Positions 25,773 to 35,650 of a stretch of DNA of 64,000 bases are shown in pieces. This stretch comes from Archaeoglobi archaeon JdFR-42 (GTDB lineage: Archaea; Halobacteriota; Archaeoglobi; Archaeoglobales; JdFR-42). The notes under the pieces are model-generated. The model saw nothing but the letters and a program-made list of their open reading frames with translations. It had not been told where the DNA came from and made no database searches. Numbering within the stretch: position 1 is the stretch's first letter; each line of letters begins with the position of its first letter. A program made the translations under genes and the position numbers. The stretch spans positions 18,805-82,804 of the forward strand of contig MTND01000009.1 of assembly GCA_002010305.1 (NCBI GenBank), in the 5' to 3' direction.

Positions 25773-26792
25773 TTAACCGAATAAAGCACCCAATCCTTCA
25801 ATAGCCTCTTCTTCAGCTTTTTCTTCCTCTTCTTCCTCCTTCTCTTCTTCTTTCTCTTCTGCTTCCTTTTCTTCTTTCTCAACTTTTGGCTTTTCTGGAC
25901 TGACAGGGATTGTTGATACTCTTTGCTTTAAATCTTCATCAAGGGCCTCATCTGGAAGCATTGAGACAATGGTAATGAGTCGCTGGTATGCTAGAGCGAG
26001 TATATCTTTGATGATGTCCTTTTCATAAATTCCCGCATTAATGGCCAGATTTCTGGCATCCATGTGTGCTCTTACAAGGATGGTTTTTACTGTTTGTTCT
26101 GTCGGATACACCACATTGACGGAGAGATTAATGGCATTCTGAACTGCTTCCACAAACATATTAAAGTACTCGCTGGTATCCAGTCTGAGAGTCTCAGGCA
26201 GGTATATAACCCCATCCTCGTAAATGGCCCTGACGTCCAGACCAACCTTGATGGGCTTGATCTCAAGTTTTGCAAGCATCTCAGCCAGTTTTGGATTTAC
26301 TTTTTCACCCTGTTTCACAACAACTCTAGTTTCTTTTATAACCACCTTTCCTTTCTCTATGGCAGCAGGAATCCCGACATTTTGAAGTTCTCCCACAACA
26401 GGCCCCGGCCTGAAAGGAGTGGGTCCTTTTTCAATCGTTATGTCCATTGGAGAGATCGAATTAGGTTTTAAAGGAGCATCAGTCTTGCTCTCTTCCATTT
26501 TCTTGAATACCACAAAAGGATTCTCATGGGTAAAAAACAGGGCAGTCTGTCCGTAGACGTATTCTTTGAGTTTTTCCATACCATCTCTGGCCTGATCTAG
26601 TGCCAGTCTTATAAGGGTATTTCTCGAGACCCTCAGCAATCCCATGGATTTTAGCTTCTTTCGAATACTTTGCATTTGTTCCGCAGAAATACCTTCGATC
26701 CCAATAAGAGCTACTACAGGATACATATTACAAAACTCAGATAGCTCCTTGACTTCTTCCTTTTTCCACTCTGCAACGCTCTGAGCTGACAT
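25773..26792 (-). CDS. rplP0: 50S ribosomal stalk protein P0 (uL10)
   Basis: 339 aa with a uL10 N-terminal domain and the same acidic C-terminal tail as P1. Confidence 0.9.
   Translation of the reverse strand: MSAQSVAEWKKEEVKELSEFCNMYPVVALIGIEGISAEQMQSIRKKLKSMGLLRVSRNTLIRLALDQARDGMEKLKEYVYGQTALFFTHENPFVVFKKMEESKTDAPLKPNSISPMDITIEKGPTPFRPGPVVGELQNVGIPAAIEKGKVVIKETRVVVKQGEKVNPKLAEMLAKLEIKPIKVGLDVRAIYEDGVIYLPETLRLDTSEYFNMFVEAVQNAINLSVNVVYPTEQTVKTILVRAHMDARNLAINAGIYEKDIIKDILALAYQRLITIVSMLPDEALDEDLKQRVSTIPVSPEKPKVEKEEKEAEEKEEEKEEEEEEKAEEEAIEGLGALFG
25795..25867. repeat. 73-nt block identical to 25451..25523
   Basis: Direct comparison. Confidence 0.85.
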
Positions 26793-27434
26793 TTAAACCA
26801 CCCTGATTGCAGGACCCATGGTCGTCTTAACAAAGATTGATTTAATGTTTTGGTTCGGGTCTTCCAATTTGCTCTCAACTCTTTTAATTATTTCGTCTGC
26901 ATTTTCTGCAAGTTTCTCCACATCCATATCTCTTGTGCCAATTATGGCATGAAATGTGGGCTTATCTCTTGTTCGTATTTTCACTGAACTTTTCAGTCGA
27001 TTGATTAATGGACCGGGATCGCTCAGTGGAGGTATTGGTGTTGGCATTTTCCCTCGAGGCCCTAGAACCGGTCCCAGCTTTTTACCTATATCAGGCATCA
27101 AAGGAGCTTCTGCAAGGAAGAAATGATACTCATTGGCCATTTTTTTAGCTACTTTCTTATCTTTAGCGAGTTCATCTATATCTTCTGGAGATATAATCAG
27201 ATCGGCTCCACCTTCTTTAGCCTTCAGAGCGGTTTCCCCTCTGGCAAAAACAGCAACCTTTCGTGGTTTTCCTGTGCCATTAGGAAGAAATACAGCCTCA
27301 TCGATTCTATTCTGAGGCTTGGAAAGATCAACATTTTTCAGGTTGATGGCTATTTCCACACTCTCAAGAAACTTTCGCTCTTTCGCCCTGTCAATGGCTT
27401 CCTTGATAGCTTTCTCAACTGCTTTTCTGTCCAT
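26793..27434 (-). CDS. rpl1: 50S ribosomal protein uL1
   Basis: MDRKAVEKAIKEAIDRAKERKF... matches the archaeal L1 N-terminus, with GGGGTGGTGAA before the ATG at 27434. An in-frame upstream ATG at 27482 also has an SD (GTGGTGAGG). Confidence 0.9.
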   Translation of the reverse strand: MDRKAVEKAIKEAIDRAKERKFLESVEIAINLKNVDLSKPQNRIDEAVFLPNGTGKPRKVAVFARGETALKAKEGGADLIISPEDIDELAKDKKVAKKMANEYHFFLAEAPLMPDIGKKLGPVLGPRGKMPTPIPPLSDPGPLINRLKSSVKIRTRDKPTFHAIIGTRDMDVEKLAENADEIIKRVESKLEDPNQNIKSIFVKTTMGPAIRVV

Positions 27435-27448
27435 TTCACCACCCCGTA

Positions 27449-27472
27449 GTAGGCGACCCAGTGGTCTCCTAC
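27449..27472 (-). promoter_or_regulatory. stem-loop between the two candidate rpl1 start codons
   Basis: RNA sense GUAGGAGACC-ACUG-GGUCGCCUAC: a 10-bp stem with one A.G mismatch, directly 5' of the SD of the 27434 start. Confidence 0.4.
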
Positions 27473-27786
27473 GGGTTTTCATAACCTCACCACAGAACTA
27501 ATATTTTAAGGTATCGGTTATAGCTTTTTATAAGAGGTGTATTTAATCTTGTGACAATTCAAATGATAACTCACCAGAGTAGAGTTAGCTCTTTTAGTAA
27601 AGAGAGACACATAACAAAAGCTAAATATTTAATCGATAAATAATAAAGTAATAAAATTAAGAGAACTCGTAAAAGAGAGACTTTACATTTTTATTTTAAG
27701 GGAATATGTGTTATATCTGCCTGTTCAAAAAATGTCTGATATTAGCGTTATTGATTCTTGTTAAATCAAAAGGGAAAAAATGGAAA

Positions 27787-28254
27787 TTATTCCTCTATCT
27801 GTATCTCACCATTATCTATTAGCTTTTGAACCTCTTTCGGACTTTTTCCCTCTACTGTCACACCCATAGATACACAGGTACCAAGAACTTCTTTTACTGC
27901 TCCCTTAATATCATACGAGAGCATCTGATCTTTTTTCACCTTAGCTATGGAGATTACCTGCTCCATTGTCAGATTGCCCACTACTTGGCTGGAATCACTA
28001 GTACCTTTCTCTATACCTAGCTCTTTTTTTACCAATGCAGTCACAGGTGGTATCCCCACTTCTATATCAAAATTCCTGTCTTCTTTTACTATCACCTTCA
28101 CAGGTACCTGCATTCCTGCAAAATCCTTTGTAGCCTCGTTGATTCTATCCACAACATCCTTAACATTTAATCCAAGAGGGCCTATTGCAGGTCCAAGGGG
28201 TGGACCAGGATTTGCCTGTCCACCAGTTACCAGAACTTCAACGATTTCTGCCAT
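27787..28254 (-). CDS. rpl11: 50S ribosomal protein uL11
   Basis: The [12 protein letters not shown] motif and conserved gene order. Confidence 0.9.
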   Translation of the reverse strand: MAEIVEVLVTGGQANPGPPLGPAIGPLGLNVKDVVDRINEATKDFAGMQVPVKVIVKEDRNFDIEVGIPPVTALVKKELGIEKGTSDSSQVVGNLTMEQVISIAKVKKDQMLSYDIKGAVKEVLGTCVSMGVTVEGKSPKEVQKLIDNGEIQIEE

Positions 28255-28255
28255 T

Positions 28256-28705
28256 TCATTCTCCCTCCTTCATATCGATAACTCTGACGTGGTCCCCTCT
28301 AACAGTAACCGGAATAGGTACAACTGCATCAATCAGCTCTACTGTGATCTCTTCATGGGTATGGTCAACCCTTTTAACCCTTGCCTTTTCTCCTTTAAAA
28401 GGTCCGGAAATTATCTCCACAATACTTCCTTCAGAGATGCTCGCAACAGTTTTCTTCGGGGTTAAAAAGTGTTCAACTTCTTCAAAACTGGTCTCTCCTT
28501 TTATAAGGCCTCTCGCATGTGGAATTCCTCTTATCGCCCTTTCAACATCATCAGATGTCTCTGCTTCAACAAGGACGTATCCTCTTAGTTCTCTGGGAGC
28601 AAGAATAGAATATATCCTGAGATCATCTTTTCTGACTGCAAGTTCCATGAGATTTGCTACTGCTTTTTCCTGATTTACTGTGGTTTTTACAGCAAAAAAG
28701 CTCAT
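28256..28705 (-). CDS. spt5: transcription elongation factor Spt5 (NusG)
   Basis: NGN domain plus KOW motif ([18 protein letters not shown]). Confidence 0.9.
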   Translation of the reverse strand: MSFFAVKTTVNQEKAVANLMELAVRKDDLRIYSILAPRELRGYVLVEAETSDDVERAIRGIPHARGLIKGETSFEEVEHFLTPKKTVASISEGSIVEIISGPFKGEKARVKRVDHTHEEITVELIDAVVPIPVTVRGDHVRVIDMKEGE

Positions 28706-28893
28706 TTCAACAACCCCGGCACATCATTCATGAGGAGATAAATGATGAACCCAAATATACCTATGATCAGTACTCCTGCCACTGTAATTTTCGTAACTTT
28801 GAGAAACTCTTCTCTGGTAGGCTTTCGAGTCATTTTAAGTACATTATAGTATTCTTTGAGTTTCTGCTGAATGTTTTTTATTTCCATATCCAT
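28702..28893 (-). CDS. secE: protein translocase subunit SecE (Sec61-gamma)
   Basis: 63 aa with a single C-terminal TM helix. Position between ftsZ and spt5. Confidence 0.8.
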   Translation of the reverse strand: MDMEIKNIQQKLKEYYNVLKMTRKPTREEFLKVTKITVAGVLIIGIFGFIIYLLMNDVPGLLK

Positions 28894-28921
28894 CCCTGAT
28901 CTTCTTCAGATTAATTCCAGT

Positions 28922-30025
28922 TCATCGAACGAAGTCGATTCCAAACCTCTGGGTAACCCTCCCGGTCTCCTTTTTGCCATAAATTTGAGGAGATTTTACA
29001 CCAGTAACAACAACAAGGGTCCTCACAACACCTTCAAGCTCTGGCTCAATCTGAGCACCCCATATGATCCTCGCATCCGGGTCCACTCTCTGATATATTT
29101 CTTCAACAACTCCTTCTGCCTCTTCCACTGTCATATCAGGGCCCCCTGTTACATTGATCAAGGCTGCAGTTGCTCCACTTATATCCACATCCAGCAATGG
29201 ACTCTTCAGAGCCTTTCTAACAGATTCTACTGCCTTTTCCTCTCCATCTGCTTCTCCAAGACCTATCATTGCCACGCCTCCTTTCTGCATTACAGTTCTT
29301 ACATCTGCAAAGTCCAAATTGATGATACCTGGTTTGGTTATGAGTTCGGTAATTCCCTTGACAGCTCTCATCAAAACTTCATCTGCCACTTTAAAAGCTG
29401 CCTGAAGTGGGAGTCTTGGTACGACTTCCAGCAATTTATCATTCGGAACCACAATTACAGTGTCTGTAACTTCTCTCAGCCTTTCAAGACCAGCTTCTGC
29501 GTTAGCTCTTCGTATTGCACCTTCTACAGAAAATGGGAGAGTTACAACAGCAATGGTAAGGGCTCCAACTTCCTGAGCTGCTTCTGCTATAATAGGAGCC
29601 GCGCCTGTTCCTGTTCCACCTCCAAGACCACAGGTAATGAATACCATATCCGAGCCGTCAACAGCACCTCTTAACTCCTCTTCACTTTCTTTTGCAGCAT
29701 CCTCTCCAACCTGGGGTAAACTTCCGGCTCCAAGCCCTCTGGTACGTTTTCTACCGATAAGAATCTTTTTATCAGCTTTGGTATAATACAGGTGCTGAGC
29801 ATCCGTATTAACAGCTATTAGTTCCGCGCCTCTGATTCCTTCCTCACTCATCCGGGTTACAGTATTACTTCCCCCGCCTCCTACACCAATCACTCTTATG
29901 ATCGTTTTTAACTCATGTAGAACCTCTTCAATTTCCATTTCTTCATCTTCTACAGTTTCCCTGGCCATTCTTGCCCTTTTTTCCCTCTCGGCTCTTGCAA
30001 GAGCCTCTTCAACTATGGATTTCAT
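28922..30025 (-). CDS. ftsZ: cell division protein FtsZ
   Basis: GVGGGGSN and [12 protein letters not shown] tubulin signature motifs. Confidence 0.95.
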   Translation of the reverse strand: MKSIVEEALARAEREKRARMARETVEDEEMEIEEVLHELKTIIRVIGVGGGGSNTVTRMSEEGIRGAELIAVNTDAQHLYYTKADKKILIGRKRTRGLGAGSLPQVGEDAAKESEEELRGAVDGSDMVFITCGLGGGTGTGAAPIIAEAAQEVGALTIAVVTLPFSVEGAIRRANAEAGLERLREVTDTVIVVPNDKLLEVVPRLPLQAAFKVADEVLMRAVKGITELITKPGIINLDFADVRTVMQKGGVAMIGLGEADGEEKAVESVRKALKSPLLDVDISGATAALINVTGGPDMTVEEAEGVVEEIYQRVDPDARIIWGAQIEPELEGVVRTLVVVTGVKSPQIYGKKETGRVTQRFGIDFVR

Positions 30026-30231
30026 CTTTATCCTCCTCTGCGATAAACAATATACATTTAAGCTTATGGACTTTCTTATGTAATAAGATTTAAGGATTTT
30101 GTCTCACATGACAACTTGCTGTTTAAATATTTTTGGTTTGCATCTATTTATGAAAAATTGAGATGGGTTCCAACCAAGCTGAGGAATAAAATATTGCATA
30201 TACCATTATGGGTTTTTATCCTGCCCTCCTT

Positions 30232-32109
30232 TCACATTTTCAAAACTTTTTGGAAACATTCTCTAGCATTCCCAAAACATCCGAGGACTTTCAAAAAGGA
30301 TGCCTTTCTTTCAAGAGCTTTGATATCATCTATACTAACTTTTTCCTCCACTTCTACCATGAAAAGATATTTCCCACTCTCATTTCTTGAAGGTCTCGAG
30401 ACCAGTAGCCTCATATTGATCCCTCTCTTTCCAAAATATTCCAGAACTTTCAACAGACTACCAGGTTTATCTTCAACAGAGAAGACCATGGCAGTAATCT
30501 TTCCTCCATCAAAATTGTCTCCATTTTTTGAGATGAGGTAAAACCGAGTGAAATTATCCCTAGAATCCTGGATATCTTCCTCAATAATGTCCAGCCCACT
30601 CATCAGGGCGCCATGTCGAGAAGTTATCGCAACAGAATTCTCATCCACTTTTTCGGCTGCTTCAGATGTACTTCTGGTCAATTGGATTTCAACATCAGAT
30701 AACATGCTCTGAACAAAACTCATGCATTGAGCTAGGGCTACGGGGTGTGAATACAGAGTTAATATATCCCTACCCTCTCCACTTCTTCTCTTTTTTTTCC
30801 CTGCAAGACACATAGAAACTCTAATGGATGTTTCACCTACTACTTTTACATCCCTCCTGACAAGTTCATCGAAAGTCTGACCAATTATACCCTCCAGAGA
30901 ATTCTCTACAGGCACCAGCCCAAAAGTGACTTCCCCATTCTCTACTTTCTCAAAAACTTCCCCAATAGAGCGACAGTAAACCAGAGGTAGTCTTGTACCA
31001 ACTTCCCTTATAGCAGCTTCTTCAGAGAAACTTCCTTCTGGTCCGAGAACTGCCAGAGTGAACATACTGCCTGTTTGCTCGAATTGTACCTGTTTTGTCC
31101 ACTGTATTATCAGTTTGAAGAGCTTCTCTAGAAAAACAGGACTGAGATGTGGGTTGGATCGTATGATATTGTTTATTTTGTTCTTCTCAATTTCAATATT
31201 TGTTACAGGCTGATCCAGTTTCTTTTTCATTTCCGCCAGCTTTCTGGCAAGCTCCATCCTCCTAGATAGTAGCTTAACCATGAGATCGTCCAGTATTTCC
31301 AGCTGAGCCCTTACCTCTAGTATATCTCTCGGCTCATCTATCAGCCTAACTATTTGTAATAACTCACTGGATATGGATCTATCAGAATGGTCACGAATGG
31401 TTGAAAATACGCGCTTGAATTCATTTTTTTCTTTTATCATTGAAATAAAGTTATTGAATGATTTCTCCACCCAATCCTGATTCTTCAGCAATTCCATAAC
31501 TATATGATAATACAGAGAAGGATTTTGCTCCACCATCCTGGAAACGAGCTGGTGCATGATTTTCATAAGAGGGGAGGCCATGGAAATGTTTTTTATTGAT
31601 CCTTTATCGATCATACAATAGGCATTGAACATCAGGAGTAGATGAGGAAGAGCTTGCAACAGTTTCATTTCCCTCTCGTGCTCATCCAAAGACAGTTGGT
31701 GAAGTCTGGCTCCTCCACGTTTCAATACATCCAGCAGGTGTTCCGCCCTTTCATCAGGGATGTCACCTACCACAATAATGTGGCCTCCTGTTATTGGTGA
31801 GGTAGGACCAAACATGGGATGGAGAGATAAAACCGGATTGCCCAGTTCATGCAATGGTCTGGCCATAGATTTAACAGAAGATATATCCACAAGCAAAGCA
31901 TCTTTTTTGATGTTTAATTCACTCACCACATCTTTAATGGATTCCATGGGTACTGAAATCAGAATTATATCAAACTCATCCACCTGGTTTGCTTCAATGG
32001 TGGAGCGGTCGTTTGAAATATCGTAGCTCTCAACTTTCCATCCAGCTTCCTTGAAAAAATCACCAAACAGCCTCCCCATCCCTCCATAACCCACCACAAG
32101 CATTCTCAT
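30232..32109 (-). CDS. trifunctional prephenate dehydrogenase / chorismate mutase / prephenate dehydratase fusion
   Basis: 625 aa. An N-terminal Rossmann TyrA part (VVGYGGMGRLF). A central AroQ-like helical segment (LEILDDLMVKLLSRRMELARKLAEMKK). A PheA domain (TLAVLGPEGSFSEEAA) and a C-terminal ACT domain (DKPGSLLKVL ... SRPSRNESGKYLFMVE). Confidence 0.85.
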   Translation of the reverse strand: MRMLVVGYGGMGRLFGDFFKEAGWKVESYDISNDRSTIEANQVDEFDIILISVPMESIKDVVSELNIKKDALLVDISSVKSMARPLHELGNPVLSLHPMFGPTSPITGGHIIVVGDIPDERAEHLLDVLKRGGARLHQLSLDEHEREMKLLQALPHLLLMFNAYCMIDKGSIKNISMASPLMKIMHQLVSRMVEQNPSLYYHIVMELLKNQDWVEKSFNNFISMIKEKNEFKRVFSTIRDHSDRSISSELLQIVRLIDEPRDILEVRAQLEILDDLMVKLLSRRMELARKLAEMKKKLDQPVTNIEIEKNKINNIIRSNPHLSPVFLEKLFKLIIQWTKQVQFEQTGSMFTLAVLGPEGSFSEEAAIREVGTRLPLVYCRSIGEVFEKVENGEVTFGLVPVENSLEGIIGQTFDELVRRDVKVVGETSIRVSMCLAGKKKRRSGEGRDILTLYSHPVALAQCMSFVQSMLSDVEIQLTRSTSEAAEKVDENSVAITSRHGALMSGLDIIEEDIQDSRDNFTRFYLISKNGDNFDGGKITAMVFSVEDKPGSLLKVLEYFGKRGINMRLLVSRPSRNESGKYLFMVEVEEKVSIDDIKALERKASFLKVLGCFGNARECFQKVLKM

Positions 32110-32732
32110 TTCAGAGCCCCCACGATTTTTCTTGCTTCTGAAGTATGCAACTGGCCTTCTGCTGCCTTATCTCCCAGAAAAGTGTATAAAAATGGTGCGC
32201 CCAGCAAAAAAGCCACTATCCGTGTGAATTTAAAAGTTTCCCCTATGCAAAAAGCAGTTACATTGTCCAGCTCAGATACCAGCTTTAAAAGATTTATAGC
32301 ATCACTGTTTGAACGGCCCATAGTGGCTATTTTCACAGGTCCATAAGAAGAATAATCCTTTACCATAGTTTTTAGATAACGAAAAGAGGGAGTTTTTTTC
32401 AAATTATGATATGAAACCAGAAATGGAACATCTCCGAGTATTTTTTCAGCTTTTTCCACAACATCAACTTCAACATCAAATAGCTCGACTGAACCAATAT
32501 AGGAGGACATCAGCTCGAGTCTTGCATTGTTATCTCCAGCGTAATATCCTCCATCCTGTTTCCGGCGCACTGTAAGTATGATCGGTACGTCTTCAAAGCC
32601 TCTGAGAATTGATGGGGGAATGGGATTCTTATCTAGTCTTACCTCAGCTATATCTCCTCCTTTTTTTCTGACCGTAGGTAATAGAGACTCCTGTTCTGAA
32701 ATTAACGTTGAAACAATTCCTGCCAGAGTCAT
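32106..32732 (-). CDS. aroD: 3-dehydroquinate dehydratase, type I
   Basis: AEVRLD, VSYHNLKKTP and VKIATM (Schiff-base Lys context). Confidence 0.8.
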   Translation of the reverse strand: MTLAGIVSTLISEQESLLPTVRKKGGDIAEVRLDKNPIPPSILRGFEDVPIILTVRRKQDGGYYAGDNNARLELMSSYIGSVELFDVEVDVVEKAEKILGDVPFLVSYHNLKKTPSFRYLKTMVKDYSSYGPVKIATMGRSNSDAINLLKLVSELDNVTAFCIGETFKFTRIVAFLLGAPFLYTFLGDKAAEGQLHTSEARKIVGALK

Positions 32733-32756
32733 ATCTCCAACTATATCTCCAATACT

Positions 32757-33878
32757 TCACTTCTCAATTATCGTCTCGTTAACCTTAATTCCGAAATGTC
32801 TAGCCTGTTCTTCAATGTAGGCGAGAACTTTCATCCCTTCTTTCAGAGCGGTGACTGAGACAGGTCCATCTGGAGTTACCAGCTCTACAGTCTCAGCATT
32901 CTGGAGAATGATCGTCCCTAGAATCCCATTATGATCGGCTTCAACCATAATAAGGGGTCTTTTTTCTATTTTTACCCTTCCGATATATGCTATCCTACCT
33001 TTTCCGTGCATGTCAACGATTTCTACTTCATCTCCGGTTTCGAGTTCAGAAAGGTACTTTGTTGTTTCTCCAACCCTGACGTATGAACTGATGGCTCCAG
33101 CATTCACTCTGAAGGGCCTTGGAGCAGAATACTCACTCCCCCTAGACTCATTATGAACAAGAAACAGAAAACCTGCCCGTGAACCTACTAGCAGCCCTTC
33201 CCCCTCAACCATAAGATCGGTGGTATCGACACATGCTCTCGCACCCATTCCAAGTTTTTTAATCTTGACAATGACTGCATCTTCCAGCCTTAAAAAAGAT
33301 TCCAGTTCCTTAATTGATTCCATAACCTGTGAGAGCTCATCCCTTGTAACATTTTCAAGCAAGATACCATCTGCCCCTTTCTCTAGTGTCAACAATGCAG
33401 TCTTGATGTCGTCCATACTGTCCATTTTTGCGATGATCCTGCACGTCTGTGAAAAGGCTATCAGATTCTCAAGGGGAATGATCTTCCAGTCTGAGAAATC
33501 AAGAAACAGGTAATCGGCAAGTTTTGCCATTTCAACTGCAAACTTCTGAGACTTCTCATCTCTGATCTTGACGAATCCTCCAGTTTTCTTATTTTTTTCT
33601 TTCAGAGTGACCATCAGATTTAAATCCCAGCTTCCTGATAGCTCATCGGGCAATTCTTTAATCCCCTCCCCCTCGCCATCAAATCCTACAACTACCATTC
33701 CATGACTTTCTCCATTTCTGTAAATTCCGCCAACCTGAAGATTACCAAGTTTTCGAATATTGTCAACAAACTCTTCTCGAACTATGATTCCGGTTATTCC
33801 GGTTTCCAGAGCATTGATGGCATTTTTTTTAACTTTATCCCAGTCCTCATTTCTATCCAATAACCATACTTCCTTCAT
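32757..33878 (-). CDS. aroB': 3-dehydroquinate synthase II (archaeal type)
   Basis: MKEVWLLD ... follows the DHQS-II family layout. GGAGGT lies 6 nt before the ATG at 33878. The gene is immediately downstream of the ADH-synthase homologue. Confidence 0.8.
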   Translation of the reverse strand: MKEVWLLDRNEDWDKVKKNAINALETGITGIIVREEFVDNIRKLGNLQVGGIYRNGESHGMVVVGFDGEGEGIKELPDELSGSWDLNLMVTLKEKNKKTGGFVKIRDEKSQKFAVEMAKLADYLFLDFSDWKIIPLENLIAFSQTCRIIAKMDSMDDIKTALLTLEKGADGILLENVTRDELSQVMESIKELESFLRLEDAVIVKIKKLGMGARACVDTTDLMVEGEGLLVGSRAGFLFLVHNESRGSEYSAPRPFRVNAGAISSYVRVGETTKYLSELETGDEVEIVDMHGKGRIAYIGRVKIEKRPLIMVEADHNGILGTIILQNAETVELVTPDGPVSVTALKEGMKVLAYIEEQARHFGIKVNETIIEK

Positions 33879-34653
33879 ACAGTACCTCCAGCGCCATTTC
33901 TGCAGTCCAGTTATCATGGACGATCCTTTTTATAGCCTTCGTAATCTTCTCTGGATTTTTATGCTGGAACACATTTCTCCCTATGGCCACTCCTCCTGCT
34001 CCTGCTTTGATGGCCTCATGAATCATATTCAGCAGATCTATATCTGAATTTACTTTTGGACCTCCAGCTATTACAACAGGAACAGGGCACCCATCCACAA
34101 CTTCTGCAAAGCTCTCAATACTCCCGGTGTAATTTGTCTTGATAATGTCTGCCCCAAGCTCTGCTCCGATTCTTGCGGCATGTTTCACTGCACTGACATC
34201 ATGCTCATGCTTTACCTTTTCACCTCTCGGATACATCATGGCAATTAGGGGTATACCCCATTCTTCTGCTTCTTTCGCAATTTTTCCCAATAGTTCAAGC
34301 TGCCTGCTTTCAGTATCTGAACCAACATTGACATGGATGCTAATCGCATCCGCACCCATTTTGATGGCCTCATCAACTTCCGCGACTATTACCTTATTGT
34401 TTGGATCTTTTCCAAGAGCTGTTGATGCACTCATATGCATTATCAGCCCCATCTTGATTCTATCGGCCATTTTTCTTGCAATTCCTTTATGAAGAACTAC
34501 AGCATCAGCGTCGATCAGGCTCAGAGTTTCTTCAATTACGTCGATTCCGTGAATTGGGCCTACTGTTACTCCATGGTCCATCGGCACTATAACCGTTCTT
34601 CCACTTTTTTCCTTTACTATCTTTTTCATCCTTCTTCTTTTTCCGGTTTCCAT
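33853..34653 (-). CDS. aroA': 2-amino-3,7-dideoxy-D-threo-hept-6-ulosonate (ADH) synthase, DhnA aldolase family paralogue 2
   Basis: DhnA-family motifs (VPMDHG, IKTNY, VIAGG). GGAGGTG lies 7 nt before the ATG at 34653. Adjacent to DHQS-II. Confidence 0.75.
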   Translation of the reverse strand: METGKRRRMKKIVKEKSGRTVIVPMDHGVTVGPIHGIDVIEETLSLIDADAVVLHKGIARKMADRIKMGLIMHMSASTALGKDPNNKVIVAEVDEAIKMGADAISIHVNVGSDTESRQLELLGKIAKEAEEWGIPLIAMMYPRGEKVKHEHDVSAVKHAARIGAELGADIIKTNYTGSIESFAEVVDGCPVPVVIAGGPKVNSDIDLLNMIHEAIKAGAGGVAIGRNVFQHKNPEKITKAIKRIVHDNWTAEMALEVLYEGSMVIG

Positions 34654-34822
34654 TTATACACCTCCTTTTTATATTTTTTGTAAATATATGTTTATAAAAA
34701 AATATTCGCAAAAAGTTGAAAGCAAACAAAGCCTATGCAGGAATTTTCAGTAACTAAACCTATAATAGAAATAGCGGAAGCTAAACCAAAAATCTGGAAT
34801 ATTAACTTCCATTACATTGTTA

Positions 34823-35641
34823 TCATATATCATAGTCATCCACTCCCACTTCCTTACTATATTTAAAATTTTCGGTTCCTTCCTTAAGAGACCTCACTTT
34901 TCTCCTTAACACAGGAGCTGCTGACTCACCATACTTTTCTATTATTCTCACCAAAATACTGCCAGCAACCACTCCGTCGGCCCCTGACATAATCATTTTC
35001 CTGACATCCCGTCTCTCCGTTATCCCAAACCCAACACATACTGGTGTATGCCCTATGGTTTTCTTTATCTCCCGGATTTTCGATCCCACCAGAGCAGATG
35101 GGCTTGAACCTGTTGTTCCATAGGTAGAAACTAGATAAATAAAGCCCGTTGAATACTCTGAGATCTCTTTCAATCTATCTTCAGGTGTATTTAAAGCAGC
35201 AAGCATTATGTTCTCAATTTCATGTTCTTTACTCAGCATACTCACTTCTTCTATCTCCTCGACTGGAATATCCACTATCAACAACCCATCTAGGCCTGAT
35301 TTTTCTGCTTTTGAGAAAAATTCTTCCAGACCTATTGTAAAAATAGGATTACAGTAGCTCATGAGAACTACAGGTATGTTTATACTCTTTTTCACTTCTT
35401 TCACGAAGGCAAGAATTTCAGGTAACCGTACATTGGAGATAAGAGCTCTCCGGTAAGAAGACTGGATTACAGTACCGTCTGCCATCGGATCTGAAAAAGG
35501 CACTCCTAACTCTACCACATCAGCTCCACCATCTGCAATAGCCTTTATATACCTGAAACTCCATTCAAAATTGGGATCTCCTGCCGTGATAAATGCAATG
35601 AGACTTTTTCTCTTTTCTATGGTTTTTCTGATCGAAGCCAT
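34823..35641 (-). CDS. trpA: tryptophan synthase alpha chain
   Basis: ELGVPFSDPMADG and GFGI motifs. Confidence 0.9.
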   Translation of the reverse strand: MASIRKTIEKRKSLIAFITAGDPNFEWSFRYIKAIADGGADVVELGVPFSDPMADGTVIQSSYRRALISNVRLPEILAFVKEVKKSINIPVVLMSYCNPIFTIGLEEFFSKAEKSGLDGLLIVDIPVEEIEEVSMLSKEHEIENIMLAALNTPEDRLKEISEYSTGFIYLVSTYGTTGSSPSALVGSKIREIKKTIGHTPVCVGFGITERRDVRKMIMSGADGVVAGSILVRIIEKYGESAAPVLRRKVRSLKEGTENFKYSKEVGVDDYDI

Positions 35642-35650
35642 TTTTTACCC

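Noticed and set aside
27750-27768. AU-only palindrome TTGATTCTTGTTAAATCAA just downstream of rpl11
   Set aside because: It has 6-bp A/T arms only and a different sequence from the TGTAAA family. It is too weak to call as a terminator or operator.
28871-29674. 267-aa ORF antisense to ftsZ
   Set aside because: The opposite frame encodes an unmistakable FtsZ (GGGTGTG). The antisense product has no features.
34676-34695. TTGTAAATATATGTTTATAA upstream of aroA', considered as a sixth copy of the TGTAAA palindrome
   Set aside because: The spacing is 6 rather than 7 nt and one half-site is degenerate. The sequence is better explained as the TTTTTATAAA TATA box of the aro transcript.
34532-34729. 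65-aa ORF upstream of and overlapping aroA'
   Set aside because: It is out of frame with the SD-supported aroA' start at 34653. Its K/R/N-rich translation comes from AT-rich promoter DNA.
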